From Candidatus Paceibacter sp. (lineage in GTDB: Bacteria; Patescibacteriota; Patescibacteriia; SG8-24; DYFX01), in assembly GCA_020724945.1 (NCBI GenBank), contig DYFX01000002.1:1-45808 (forward strand): a stretch of 45,808 nucleotides of DNA. The letters run 5' to 3'. Positions within the stretch are counted from its first letter, which is position 1. Each line of letters starts with the position of its first letter. Below are positions 15,801 to 23,064 of this stretch, piece by piece. Both the position numbers and the translations under genes were made by a program. Under the pieces are notes generated by a model. The model was given only the letters and a program-made list of their open reading frames with translations. It had not been told where the DNA came from and searched no databases.

Positions 15801-16977
15801 TCGCGCTCTCGTACAAAGAATAATTTTCACGAGGATTATCGAGCTTGGTTGGAATCCGAGACTATTTGATAAGTATGACGGTTCGGTGCGAGAAAGAGGT
15901 AGAGACGCCCATAAAGCTGAGAGAATCGGCAAAAAATATCAATGGATCGCCTTCCACGAAACCCTTGGGTTGATTGCTGACAATTTTGCGTTGCGAGACG
16001 GGTTCAGTGATGAAGGCGGGGGCGATTATCAAGGGGCTTGGCAGATTTGGCGGCGCGATATTGATCCAAGCTATATCGTGCCACCTAGTTTTGCACTGCC
16101 ACCTAAAGCTGTTCGCCCCTGGTGGTCACCCTCAAACTATAGTAGCTGGAGGTTGGGGTTAGGACACACTGAATGGACAAAAATAACTGACGATTTGCCC
16201 CAACAAAGAAAATTGCTTGAAATCAAAACAAACGGTGGGTGGTTGCTGTTAGACGGGTATCTCGGTTGGGATCAGCCGACCGCTCCGGGCATAGATCGAT
16301 ATGATGCTATACGCCGAAATGTCTGGTATCACATACACAGTTATCTAATCAAAGCCGATAAAGTAGGTGAGATTTTGGATTGGGCTAAAAAACAGAATTT
16401 TCTGGGGAGATGGGTGCCAGAGCCTCTGGAGCTGAGAGATGTTTTCATTCGAGAGATACCGAATGGTTTCCCCTATCAACACCAATATGGTACCGCGAAA
16501 GATGTTGGATGGCGCAAAGTCACAGAAAAGGTTGGGAGGGAAGAGGTATTTGAAGTTATTGTAGCCGCCGAGGAATACCATTGGGAGGGTGGTGGTTTTG
16601 ACTGCTCACTCAACGATGGCGTAATGATTCGGGTTCCCTGTAAGGAGATTGTTTCCGGAATGAACTTATCGCAAAGCCAACGGCTAGGTACCTTTGTTAA
16701 TGCAAATGGAGATGAAATTATCCAAGATGTCGCCGCCGAAAGTGTTGAGAAAAGCGCCCTGCTAATTAAAAAACGACCGTTCTTGAAGTTTCTTGAGGAG
16801 AATGGCTACGCATTGCTTTGGATTACTTTTGGAGAAAAATTGTTACTAGGGACGGCTGGAGGTGGTCAAGGATTTTTAGGACGACTGGAGGTCGGCGGCG
16901 CACACATACTTTCGAGCGAAGGGCGAATCTTTAGCCACGAGTACACTAACTGGTCACCACCCCACACCAAAGGTTGA
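12877..16977 (+). CDS. 1366-aa STAND/NACHT-like P-loop NTPase with HEAT-like repeats and unassigned N- and C-terminal domains
   Basis: Walker A GAAGSGKT (aa 191-198, nt 13447-13470). Walker B AVIIIDAINE (aa 261-270, nt 13657-13686). Downstream strand AVIISVRT. NACHT-like HNPLFLKIYC (nt 13927-13956). HEAT-like SNRFLRDRATKALVSIL...DDPYIQERLFAV (about nt 14917-15081). Confidence 0.8.
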   Translation: MSEKYPYKKSQLKRLGQAAKLAGPRYTPELNVGVGISSIFEGLGRTEKFYTELKKSLPDLVRHIQYVSKPEIDIVAHDELVATTTTAQKVADLLLRVPVSGVNKIDSATLHKLCDSGMTLVRNLISVLQKDERVSNEPGSKDPNGTKQQSEKHRSHIHDLWKIFDALHSISVFVESLVVQAANSPQVLLTGAAGSGKTHFLCDLAKKRIEAGFPTYIFLGEEFSESRKPLNTVKKLLGFKGGDGAFLESINRYAASKRVRAVIIIDAINEAQIRGIRWDQLCKVNQYNNLAVIISVRTGFEQQEVPKKILDGFLKVTHRGFVGNEWEAYAKFFSKSGLPLPETPLLTPEFHNPLFLKIYCSAASKAPNPVRGNYGFRYIFEKYVIAQGEGVLKQLGEPGQSNRRVWDGVIKEIALEMGDSGLDRLHQKRTTSIVAKQFPGKARDAIVALEKQFLLIKVPRYRRYKIVGYDYRFPYEKFSDHLIVRALINKYLDKTNPKKSLIPGTKLGEIIRRDRNYGLIEALAIQIPQDLKGRELVYVAPKKFRFQSYARNSFLESLIWRDLSTRSNGQHKFIKTKLVLDFINKYLLPFERGKESVLEVLLTVAAVPEHPLNAHILHKHLLRMPMPKRDAYWLPFINERYANESIFDRYLAWAWYGGDKTKISEESVGLAATVLSWCLASSNRFLRDRATKALVSILYSRPEVLLRLLKRFELVDDPYIQERLFAVTYGCILQVGVPRAGVLQLAHYTYERIFKKGAPPKHILWRDYARNIVETAAAIDPAFEGKVDLRMVRPPYRSRFPTKVPSTAVLKKKYYRDYRKNKSRRGDYNQIWFSLMYNNGGSIADFGNYIVNSTVGNWCNLRLKKNGQPPKFPKQISKEFEESLDEFSKKIWARLEEARQSIATRRLFEDLPVKLGTPPKKTGTSSNDGIEIKARELILNELERSFINTLDPHQRNLYRKGILKTREGRWNLEIDRALVQRIIFTRIIELGWNPRLFDKYDGSVRERGRDAHKAERIGKKYQWIAFHETLGLIADNFALRDGFSDEGGGDYQGAWQIWRRDIDPSYIVPPSFALPPKAVRPWWSPSNYSSWRLGLGHTEWTKITDDLPQQRKLLEIKTNGGWLLLDGYLGWDQPTAPGIDRYDAIRRNVWYHIHSYLIKADKVGEILDWAKKQNFLGRWVPEPLELRDVFIREIPNGFPYQHQYGTAKDVGWRKVTEKVGREEVFEVIVAAEEYHWEGGGFDCSLNDGVMIRVPCKEIVSGMNLSQSQRLGTFVNANGDEIIQDVAAESVEKSALLIKKRPFLKFLEENGYALLWITFGEKLLLGTAGGGQGFLGRLEVGGAHILSSEGRIFSHEYTNWSPPHTKG

Positions 16978-17095
16978 TTCCACTCCCCCGTGGCAGTCTC
17001 TTATCCAGCCACGGTTGAGGCTCCCCGCAAATCCCTTGCAAACGCCGCCCACGCCTTAAGGTCCGCCACGATTTCGTTCCAGATTTCAGTGGTCC

Positions 17096-17105
17096 GGGCT
17101 ACCAT
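17096..17105 (+). repeat. Direct repeat copy 3 (short; attR-like junction)
   Basis: gggctaccat matches 2576-2585, i.e. the tRNA 3' end plus its first flanking base. It is immediately followed by a host-style terminator. Confidence 0.55.
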
Positions 17106-17110
17106 CGAGA

Positions 17111-17139
17111 ACACCGCTTCACCGGCGGTGTTTTCGTTT
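17111..17139 (+). terminator. Intrinsic terminator, probably the ancestral tRNA-Glu terminator
   Basis: Stem acaccgc/gcggtgt (17111-17117/17125-17131) followed by TTTTCGTTT. Confidence 0.6.
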
Positions 17140-17336
17140 CGGCGGCCTTGACCGATCCGGCGGATCGGCGTATGCTCCGGCGGACATGGAACTCGCTCGT
17201 CGAGCTCTGATACGGAACGCCGTCGTCTTCGCTACCCGATGGCGCCCGAGCTTCAGGGGCGCGTGCAACTCGCGCCCGGTCAACGGACACGCCCGCTCAC
17301 TCGGCGGGCGTTTCGTTTTTCCGAACCCGAGGAGCA

Positions 17337-17365
17337 TTGACAAACGCGCCGTTTCGTGCTATCAT
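17337..17365 (+). promoter_or_regulatory. Canonical sigma-70 promoter
   Basis: TTGACA (17337-17342), 17-nt spacer, TGc-TATCAT (17360-17365), upstream of the 58-aa gene. Confidence 0.65.
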
Positions 17366-17402
17366 TCCCGTGCTCTTCAGAGCTTCAACAAGGAGATCCC
17401 CG

Positions 17403-17579
17403 ATGGCCCGATTCGCCCCGTTCCTCGTCCTCGCCGTCCTCATCGTCTGCGCCGTCATCCTCTGGCGCGCCGAGCGCCGGGCTCCGGACCGCTACGCGGC
17501 CTGCGCGAAGATGTCCGATCCCGTCGAGATCGAGCGCTGCCGCTCGAGCATCGACTTCGCCCTCTCGGCCGGCTGGTAG
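17403..17579 (+). CDS. Small membrane-anchored protein (58 aa)
   Basis: In-frame ATG at 17403 preceded by AAGGAG. Sequence MARFAPFLVLAVLIVCAVILW gives a TM. Hairpin plus T6 at 17599-17617. Confidence 0.55.
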   Translation: MARFAPFLVLAVLIVCAVILWRAERRAPDRYAACAKMSDPVEIERCRSSIDFALSAGW

Positions 17580-17685
17580 CCGCGCCTCCACCCCTTTCCC
17601 GCCACCGGCGGTTTTTTCATATCCCGAAGATTGACGCGTCGCCGCGATTCCGCTACCGTCCGGGCAGACCTTTCAAGGAGCCCCT

Positions 17686-17976
17686 GTGCCCGAACCCGAA
17701 TCGAAGTTCCACGACCATCCCCGCAACATGCACGACCGGCTATACGGCAAGCGTCTCGTCGAAGGCGACCTGCTCGAGCCGAACGACGCCTACACATCGA
17801 GCAACGGCTACTGGGAGAAGTGCCCGTGCCCCGGCGTCCCGCTCGGCCCGCAGACCGGCGATCCGATCTGGGTCCGCCCGGAATCGCCTCCGGCCGGGAC
17901 GATCTTCGTCCAGAGCGGCTCCGCGAACCCGCCGGATCGGTACCCCTCGCCCTCCCCGGCCTCGAACGACGACTGA
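17686..17976 (+). CDS. Hypothetical protein (96 aa)
   Basis: GTG start with AAGGAG 5 nt upstream. A strong terminator follows directly. Confidence 0.55.
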   Translation: MPEPESKFHDHPRNMHDRLYGKRLVEGDLLEPNDAYTSSNGYWEKCPCPGVPLGPQTGDPIWVRPESPPAGTIFVQSGSANPPDRYPSPSPASNDD

Positions 17977-17998
17977 ACCCGCCCTCGGCGGGTTTTTT
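17977..17998 (+). terminator. Intrinsic terminator
   Basis: Stem acccgcc/ggcgggt followed by TTTTTT (17993-17998). Confidence 0.75.
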
Positions 17999-18042
17999 GC
18001 CGCCTGTCGCCGGGAAGCGCGCCGCGCTATACTGGAACGACT

Positions 18043-18765
18043 ATGCGCAAACCCACCAAGATCATCGGCGTCTTCGCCCTGCTCACCGTCGCCTATCATT
18101 TCCTCTCGCCGCAGATCGAGTCCGACACCGGCGGGCTCCTCCTGACCATCTCGTCGTTCCTCTTCGCCATCTTCACCGGCTTCTTCATGTCGCGGCAGAG
18201 CGAGCGGTATTCGTCCATCCGGGAATTCATCGCCGACTTCGACGGCGGCATGACCGCCATCTACCGGGATTTCGGGCACCTCTCCCGGGACCTGCAGGAG
18301 CGCGCCGCCGACATCATCCGCCGGCACTACGAGGCCATCGTGAAGCATCGCGCCTGGGACTGGCACTTCGTCCATAAGTCGGACACCATCACCTCGCTCC
18401 ACGGCGTGCTCGACGAGACCGCCACGGTCGACACTTCCTCGACCGTCCGCGCGCAGGCCGTCGAAGGCGTCCGCGCCGCGCTCGACCGCCTGCAAGTTGT
18501 CCGCAAGAACATGGTCACCCTGCATGTGGAACGCATCCCCCACTTCCAGTGGACGCTCATCTACATCCTGGCCGCCATCCTGCTCACCTCCATCTCGGGC
18601 ATCCCTTCCTCGATCTTCGGCTCCGTGCTGAAGGGCGCCTTCGGCACCTCCGTCCTGCTCATCCTGATGCTCCTGCACGACTTCGACGGCCTCAAGTTCT
18701 TCGAGGGCGCCATCGGCACGAGCTCCGCCAAGGACATCCTCGGCATCCTCGAAGGGAAGAAGTGA
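18043..18765 (+). CDS. Membrane protein (2+2 TM with a cytoplasmic helical middle; DUF4239-like by recollection)
   Basis: 240-aa ORF with hydrophobic N- and C-terminal pairs. TATACT lies 9 nt upstream of the ATG. Confidence 0.65.
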   Translation: MRKPTKIIGVFALLTVAYHFLSPQIESDTGGLLLTISSFLFAIFTGFFMSRQSERYSSIREFIADFDGGMTAIYRDFGHLSRDLQERAADIIRRHYEAIVKHRAWDWHFVHKSDTITSLHGVLDETATVDTSSTVRAQAVEGVRAALDRLQVVRKNMVTLHVERIPHFQWTLIYILAAILLTSISGIPSSIFGSVLKGAFGTSVLLILMLLHDFDGLKFFEGAIGTSSAKDILGILEGKK

Positions 18766-18780
18766 GGCTCGTCGCGAACG

Positions 18781-18809
18781 AAACGCCCGGTCGCATGACC
18801 GGGCGTTTT
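18781..18809. terminator. Bidirectional terminator between convergent genes
   Basis: 10-bp stem acgcccggtc/gaccgggcgt, flanked by an A-run and a T-run. Confidence 0.75.
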
Positions 18810-18813
18810 CCGT

Positions 18814-21800
18814 TCAGTAGGTTCCCTTGCCGTCGAGGCCCCAGCCGACGAGGTTGGAGTTCTTATACTGCCAGAGGTACTTGCGCGGCGGGTTCGCGCG
18901 GTACTTGGAACGCCCCGTGCTGTCCCGCGTCCAGTAGTCGATGGACTCGTCGTGCGTCAGGAGCAGTTCCTTCACCATCGCCGAGAAGCTCGCTTTCTGT
19001 CCCGCGTCGGTCGTGAAGTACGCGCCCAGCGCGATCGGCACGCTCACATCGAGCGCGTGCTCGAAGCCGTTGTAGGCATTGTCCTCCGGATCGCCTTTCG
19101 CGCCGTAGCTGTAGGCGATGTAGTACGGGTACCAGCGGCCGACGCGCATCGGCCCGTCCTCCGCGCCGCGCTGGGCGACGCCGCGGTTCACTTCGCAGCG
19201 CGCGAGATCCACGAGCGCGGCCGGAACCGTGGCGTTGCCGACGGCATGATGGCTGCGCAGGAAGCCGTAGGCGAGCAGGCTCGACATCCAGGGCGAGAAG
19301 GTGTTCGCCTGGTCCTCCGGCGGATAGTTGAAGCAGCCGTTGGCGGGGGCGCCGCCGGGGCCGGCCGTCGTCTGACGCGCGCGCATCGCGGCGATGGCGT
19401 CGTTCACCACGGAGCGCTGGTGCGCGCTGCCGGTCAGTTCGGCGTCGACGGCGTGCGCCAGGAGGGCGTAGCCGCGATGGCGTTCCGTCTCCCCTGCGCC
19501 TTCAAGGTTGATATGGAACTCGAACCCCCAGGAGATGTGGCCGATCTTGGGCAGGAGCGAGGCGTCGCCGTTCAGCAGGTAGTTCGTGAGCAGGTTCTCG
19601 GAGTACGAATACTTCAGGTCATGCCACGAGTTCGTCGGGGACGGGTTCTTCAGCTTGAAGCTGCCGACGCAGTACGGGTAGTAGGTCCCCGCGCAATCCG
19701 AAGGCCCGTAGAGGTTCTGCGCGTAATGGTTCGCCGCGCGGTTGGCCTCGCGGAGCATGTCGACATTCCCGGTGCGCAGGTAGCCGTTATAGAAGGTCTG
19801 CGCGCGGTCGTAGAGCCACGGCTCCGGGTCGGTATAGAAGTCGATGATGTCGTCGCCCGAAGTGACGGGCCAGGACTGCTTCTCGGAGTGCCGGTTGATG
19901 AGCGAGTAGAAGAAGTCGTCGGTGGCCTGGTCGGAATCCGCCATGTAGGAGCGCGTGCCGGCGAGATTCACCATGGGCACGAGCGAGGCGCAGGAGAGGT
20001 ACTCGTGGTCGATCGCCGCGAGGACGCGCGGTTCGCGGATGGTGAGGCCGCTCGTGTTCACGGAGGGCGCGTAGGTGCCGTCGTTCACGACGCGATAGGT
20101 GTCGGCGACGGGCGTCTCGCTCGGCAGGCTCTGCGTGCGGGCGCGGTTGAGGCCGACCGTGACCGTGACCGGGGCGGTCGAGGCGAAGTTCATGTCGAAC
20201 TGCACGAGCACCGAACGGATGCCGGGGTTGCCGGTGGCGGAGAGGCCGTTGCAGAGCAGCGCCTGCGCAGGCATGTGCTCCCAGGCGCCGAGGCTGCGGA
20301 CGAAGGCCGGGATCTCCTGGCCGGAGGCGTTCGTCACCTTCACATTCGCGGCGTTCACGAGCGTTCCAGGCGCGAGCGGCAGACCGAACGAGACGCGGCG
20401 CGTCGTGCCGACGGCGTCGGAAGAGGGGTGCAGGGTCACCGTCACATCCTTCGCGGAGGCGTTGGCCGCGGCGCCATTCGACGAGACATCGTTCCGCATA
20501 TCCATCTCGGCGGTCATCGAACGCCAGCCGGTCGGACGCGTGACGAATCCGGCGGCCTCGAGGTCGGTCGAAGGGCTGGGCGTCGGGGAAGGGGTCGGGG
20601 AAGGGGTCGGGGAAGGGGTCGGCGCGGGAGTGGGGGTCGGGCTCGGCGCCGGGGCGGACGATTTCTTCTGCACGACATAGAAATGCGCGTCCTCGGTCAC
20701 GGCCGAAATCGTGCCGTCATCGTTCAGCTTGAACTGGAAGAGGACGCGGTCGAGCTGGGCGCCGGCGAGCGGGAGACTCTGGAAGACATCGACGACGGTC
20801 GACGCGGCGATCGGATAGTCCTGGCACTTCGACTTGGGGTTCGCGTCGCCTTGGAGGTAGGCGATGGCGCAGACTTCGAGCTTCTTGGTCGAGGACGAGC
20901 CGGACTCGACGCGCACCTTGGCCTTGGCCGTCAGCGAATCGGCATACGGACCGGCTTCCCAGGCGTAGTCACGGTAGTGCCGGATACGGCCCCAGCGGTT
21001 CAGGTTCACGCGCAGACTCTTGGCGCCGACGATCGGGTTCGCGGTCTCGTGCGCGACGGTGCCGTCCGACGACCCGTTCGGCTCGAAGCCGCCGAGCGAC
21101 AACTCGAATCCGGGATCGACGATGAGATCGACGAGCTCGTATCCGGTCGGCACGGTCGGAAGCGCTCCGGACGGGGCCGGCGCCGGTGCCGGCACGGGTT
21201 CAGGTTCCGGCGACGGCGCAGGAGCCGGGTCGCCGGAAGGCGGAGGCGGCGGCGTCGAATCGACCGGCGATGCGCCGAGGTTCTTGTCGGCGTTGATGCT
21301 GGTCGCGGCGGCGAGTTCCGCTTCGCGGGAGTACTCGGACGCGGAAAGGATGGCTGCGCCTTGCGCGTAGTTCACGAAGAAGGCGTCGGGGATGTCGTCG
21401 ATGAGCGCGGACCAGTCCGCGCCGAAGACGGCGGCGGCGACGGCCTCCGAGGACACATGGCGGATGACGCCGCCTTTCGCGACCGCGTAGACCTTGGGGT
21501 CGGTGTCGATCTTGATCATCTTGTAGCCCGGGCGGTAGGTGACATTGCCGCCGATCCCGATCGAGGCCATCTCGTCGGCGGTGACCGTCTGCACGCCGCT
21601 GAAATCGGCGTACCAGGTCTTGAAGACGCGCTCGTTCGGGAAGACATACCGCTTGCCGTCGGTGGCGTAGTAATACACCGCCGGATGATCCGCGCGTTTG
21701 ATGAGGCTCCCCTGCGTCGGGGCGGCGGAGGCGGGCGCGGGGACGCCGGCGAGACTCATCGAGAACATCAGGGCCAGGACCAGGACGCGGACGGCGGCGT

Positions 21801-21819
21801 TCTTCATATGCACAGGCAT
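18814..21819 (-). CDS. Large secreted protein with Pro/Thr/Ser linkers; C-terminal domain of unknown (possibly polysaccharide-active) function
   Basis: 1001 aa. Signal peptide MKNAAVRVLVLALMFSMSLAGVPAPASA. Linkers PPPPSGDPAPAPSPEPEPVPAPAPAP and PTPTPAPTPSPTPSPTPSPTPSPS. Confidence 0.8.
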   Translation of the reverse strand: MPVHMKNAAVRVLVLALMFSMSLAGVPAPASAAPTQGSLIKRADHPAVYYYATDGKRYVFPNERVFKTWYADFSGVQTVTADEMASIGIGGNVTYRPGYKMIKIDTDPKVYAVAKGGVIRHVSSEAVAAAVFGADWSALIDDIPDAFFVNYAQGAAILSASEYSREAELAAATSINADKNLGASPVDSTPPPPPSGDPAPAPSPEPEPVPAPAPAPSGALPTVPTGYELVDLIVDPGFELSLGGFEPNGSSDGTVAHETANPIVGAKSLRVNLNRWGRIRHYRDYAWEAGPYADSLTAKAKVRVESGSSSTKKLEVCAIAYLQGDANPKSKCQDYPIAASTVVDVFQSLPLAGAQLDRVLFQFKLNDDGTISAVTEDAHFYVVQKKSSAPAPSPTPTPAPTPSPTPSPTPSPTPSPSTDLEAAGFVTRPTGWRSMTAEMDMRNDVSSNGAAANASAKDVTVTLHPSSDAVGTTRRVSFGLPLAPGTLVNAANVKVTNASGQEIPAFVRSLGAWEHMPAQALLCNGLSATGNPGIRSVLVQFDMNFASTAPVTVTVGLNRARTQSLPSETPVADTYRVVNDGTYAPSVNTSGLTIREPRVLAAIDHEYLSCASLVPMVNLAGTRSYMADSDQATDDFFYSLINRHSEKQSWPVTSGDDIIDFYTDPEPWLYDRAQTFYNGYLRTGNVDMLREANRAANHYAQNLYGPSDCAGTYYPYCVGSFKLKNPSPTNSWHDLKYSYSENLLTNYLLNGDASLLPKIGHISWGFEFHINLEGAGETERHRGYALLAHAVDAELTGSAHQRSVVNDAIAAMRARQTTAGPGGAPANGCFNYPPEDQANTFSPWMSSLLAYGFLRSHHAVGNATVPAALVDLARCEVNRGVAQRGAEDGPMRVGRWYPYYIAYSYGAKGDPEDNAYNGFEHALDVSVPIALGAYFTTDAGQKASFSAMVKELLLTHDESIDYWTRDSTGRSKYRANPPRKYLWQYKNSNLVGWGLDGKGTY
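20582..20617. repeat. 12-bp tandem repeat x3 (gtcggggaaggg) encoding the PT/PS linker
   Basis: Three perfect units read directly, with degenerate units on both sides. Lies inside the 1001-aa CDS. Confidence 0.9.
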
Positions 21820-21896
21820 GAATGGGAAAGCGCGAGTATATCAAGACGGCTCGGACGATGGAACACTCAAGCCAAGACGCGGACGCGCGACTCTTC

Positions 21897-23015
21897 TTAC
21901 CGGCGGGACGGGATGCGCGCGTAGAGTTCGGAAGTCCGCCGTGCGATGGCGTCCCAATCGTATTCCCGGCGGATCCAGTCGCGGGCGCGCGCTCCGCGTT
22001 CCTCGACGATCTCGGGGTGGTTCAGCAGTTCGCGGATCTTGGCGCGCAGGTCTTCGACATCGGCGTTCACGAAGGTCAGGCCGCTGTGGTCGATGGATTC
22101 CATGTTCTCGGGGATGTCGGAGACGAGCACGGTGCGTCCCGCCGACATCGCCTCGAGGATGGAGATCGAAAGACCCTCCGCCTCGGACGGATGCGCGTAG
22201 ATGTAGGCGTTGGCGTAGAGCTGGTCGAGCGCCTTGCCGGACTGGAAGCCCGTGAAGACGATGGCGGAGTTGCCCTCGCTCAAGGCGCGGAGCTCCTCGG
22301 CGTAGTCGCTGTGCGCGTCGCCGGAGCCGACGATGACCAGCTTCATCCGGTCCTCGAATCCGTCGAAGGCCTGCACGAGGTGATGGATGCCCTTCGGCCG
22401 CACGAGGCGCGCGACCGTCAGGATGTAGCCGCCCGGCTTCAGTCCCCACCGCGCGAGCAGGTCGCTGCCGGGATGCGCCTTCAGCGCGGCGCCGTTCGGG
22501 ATGTACGCGACATCCCTCGACAGCTTCTCCTTGCAATACCGCTTGATGCTGCGCGAGACGGCGATGGCGGCGTGCGGGAAACGCGTCGCGGCCCACTCGC
22601 CGTAGCGCAGGTACTGCCGCGCGAAGAAACCCCACTTCCGGTTCTGCCGGTCGAGGCTGTGGATCGTGACGACGACCCGCGCCTTCGGCTTGAAGACGCG
22701 CGGGATCCAGGCGAGCGTCGCGGGTCCGACGCCGTGGTAATGGATGATGTCTGCCGGCCGGACGAGCGCCGAGAGGGTCGCGAAGAAGGTGTGCGTCAGC
22801 GTGTCGAGCGAGCGCGTGGGGATCGACGGCGCGCGGCGCAGCTTCACGCCTCCGTACTCCCCCGTGCGCGTCGCGGCGTAGCGGGGACGCACATAGCAGG
22901 TGACCTCGTGCCCGAGCGCGACGAGGCGCTTGGCGAGCTCGTCGACATGCCGCTCGATGCCGCCCGCATCGGCGCCGACGGGGAGCCCTTTCTGTCCGAT
23001 CATCACGATCCTCAT
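21897..23015 (-). CDS. Glycosyltransferase family 4
   Basis: MRIVMIGQKGLPVGADAGGIERHVDELAKRLVALGHEV is a GT4 N-terminus, and a C-terminal EAEGLSISILEAMSAG (E-x7-E type) motif is present. Start chosen at the ATG at 23015, with TGcTACCAT 8 nt upstream. Confidence 0.85.
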   Translation of the reverse strand: MRIVMIGQKGLPVGADAGGIERHVDELAKRLVALGHEVTCYVRPRYAATRTGEYGGVKLRRAPSIPTRSLDTLTHTFFATLSALVRPADIIHYHGVGPATLAWIPRVFKPKARVVVTIHSLDRQNRKWGFFARQYLRYGEWAATRFPHAAIAVSRSIKRYCKEKLSRDVAYIPNGAALKAHPGSDLLARWGLKPGGYILTVARLVRPKGIHHLVQAFDGFEDRMKLVIVGSGDAHSDYAEELRALSEGNSAIVFTGFQSGKALDQLYANAYIYAHPSEAEGLSISILEAMSAGRTVLVSDIPENMESIDHSGLTFVNADVEDLRAKIRELLNHPEIVEERGARARDWIRREYDWDAIARRTSELYARIPSRR

Positions 23016-23064
23016 ATGCCCGTATGGTAGCACGGGAACGCGAAACGCCGCCCGGAGGCGGCGT

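Larger units (their letters stand above)
10209..17105. mobile_element. Low-GC integrative element (serine-recombinase type) inserted at a tRNA-Glu 3'-end site
   Basis: Abrupt switch to AT-rich composition and codon usage at about 10232, returning near 16980-17105. A large serine recombinase lies at the left edge. tRNA-derived repeats sit at both edges, and a host-type terminator follows the right repeat. Confidence 0.75.

Noticed and set aside
16972-16990. ggttgattcc at the end of the NTPase gene as a degenerate tRNA T-arm remnant (fourth att copy).
   Set aside because: Only about 10 nt are similar and there is an indel. It overlaps the stop codon, and there is no adjoining acceptor-stem match.
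17186-18145. 319-aa ORF beginning right after the orphan promoter.
   Set aside because: It has Arg/Pro/Ser-rich composition. It reads through a strong terminator and overlaps three genes that have proper SD/promoter/terminator signals.
20582-20640. Short tandem repeats as a possible CRISPR array or non-coding VNTR.
   Set aside because: The unit is only 12 bp with no spacers. It lies in frame inside the 1001-aa CDS and encodes a PT/PS linker.
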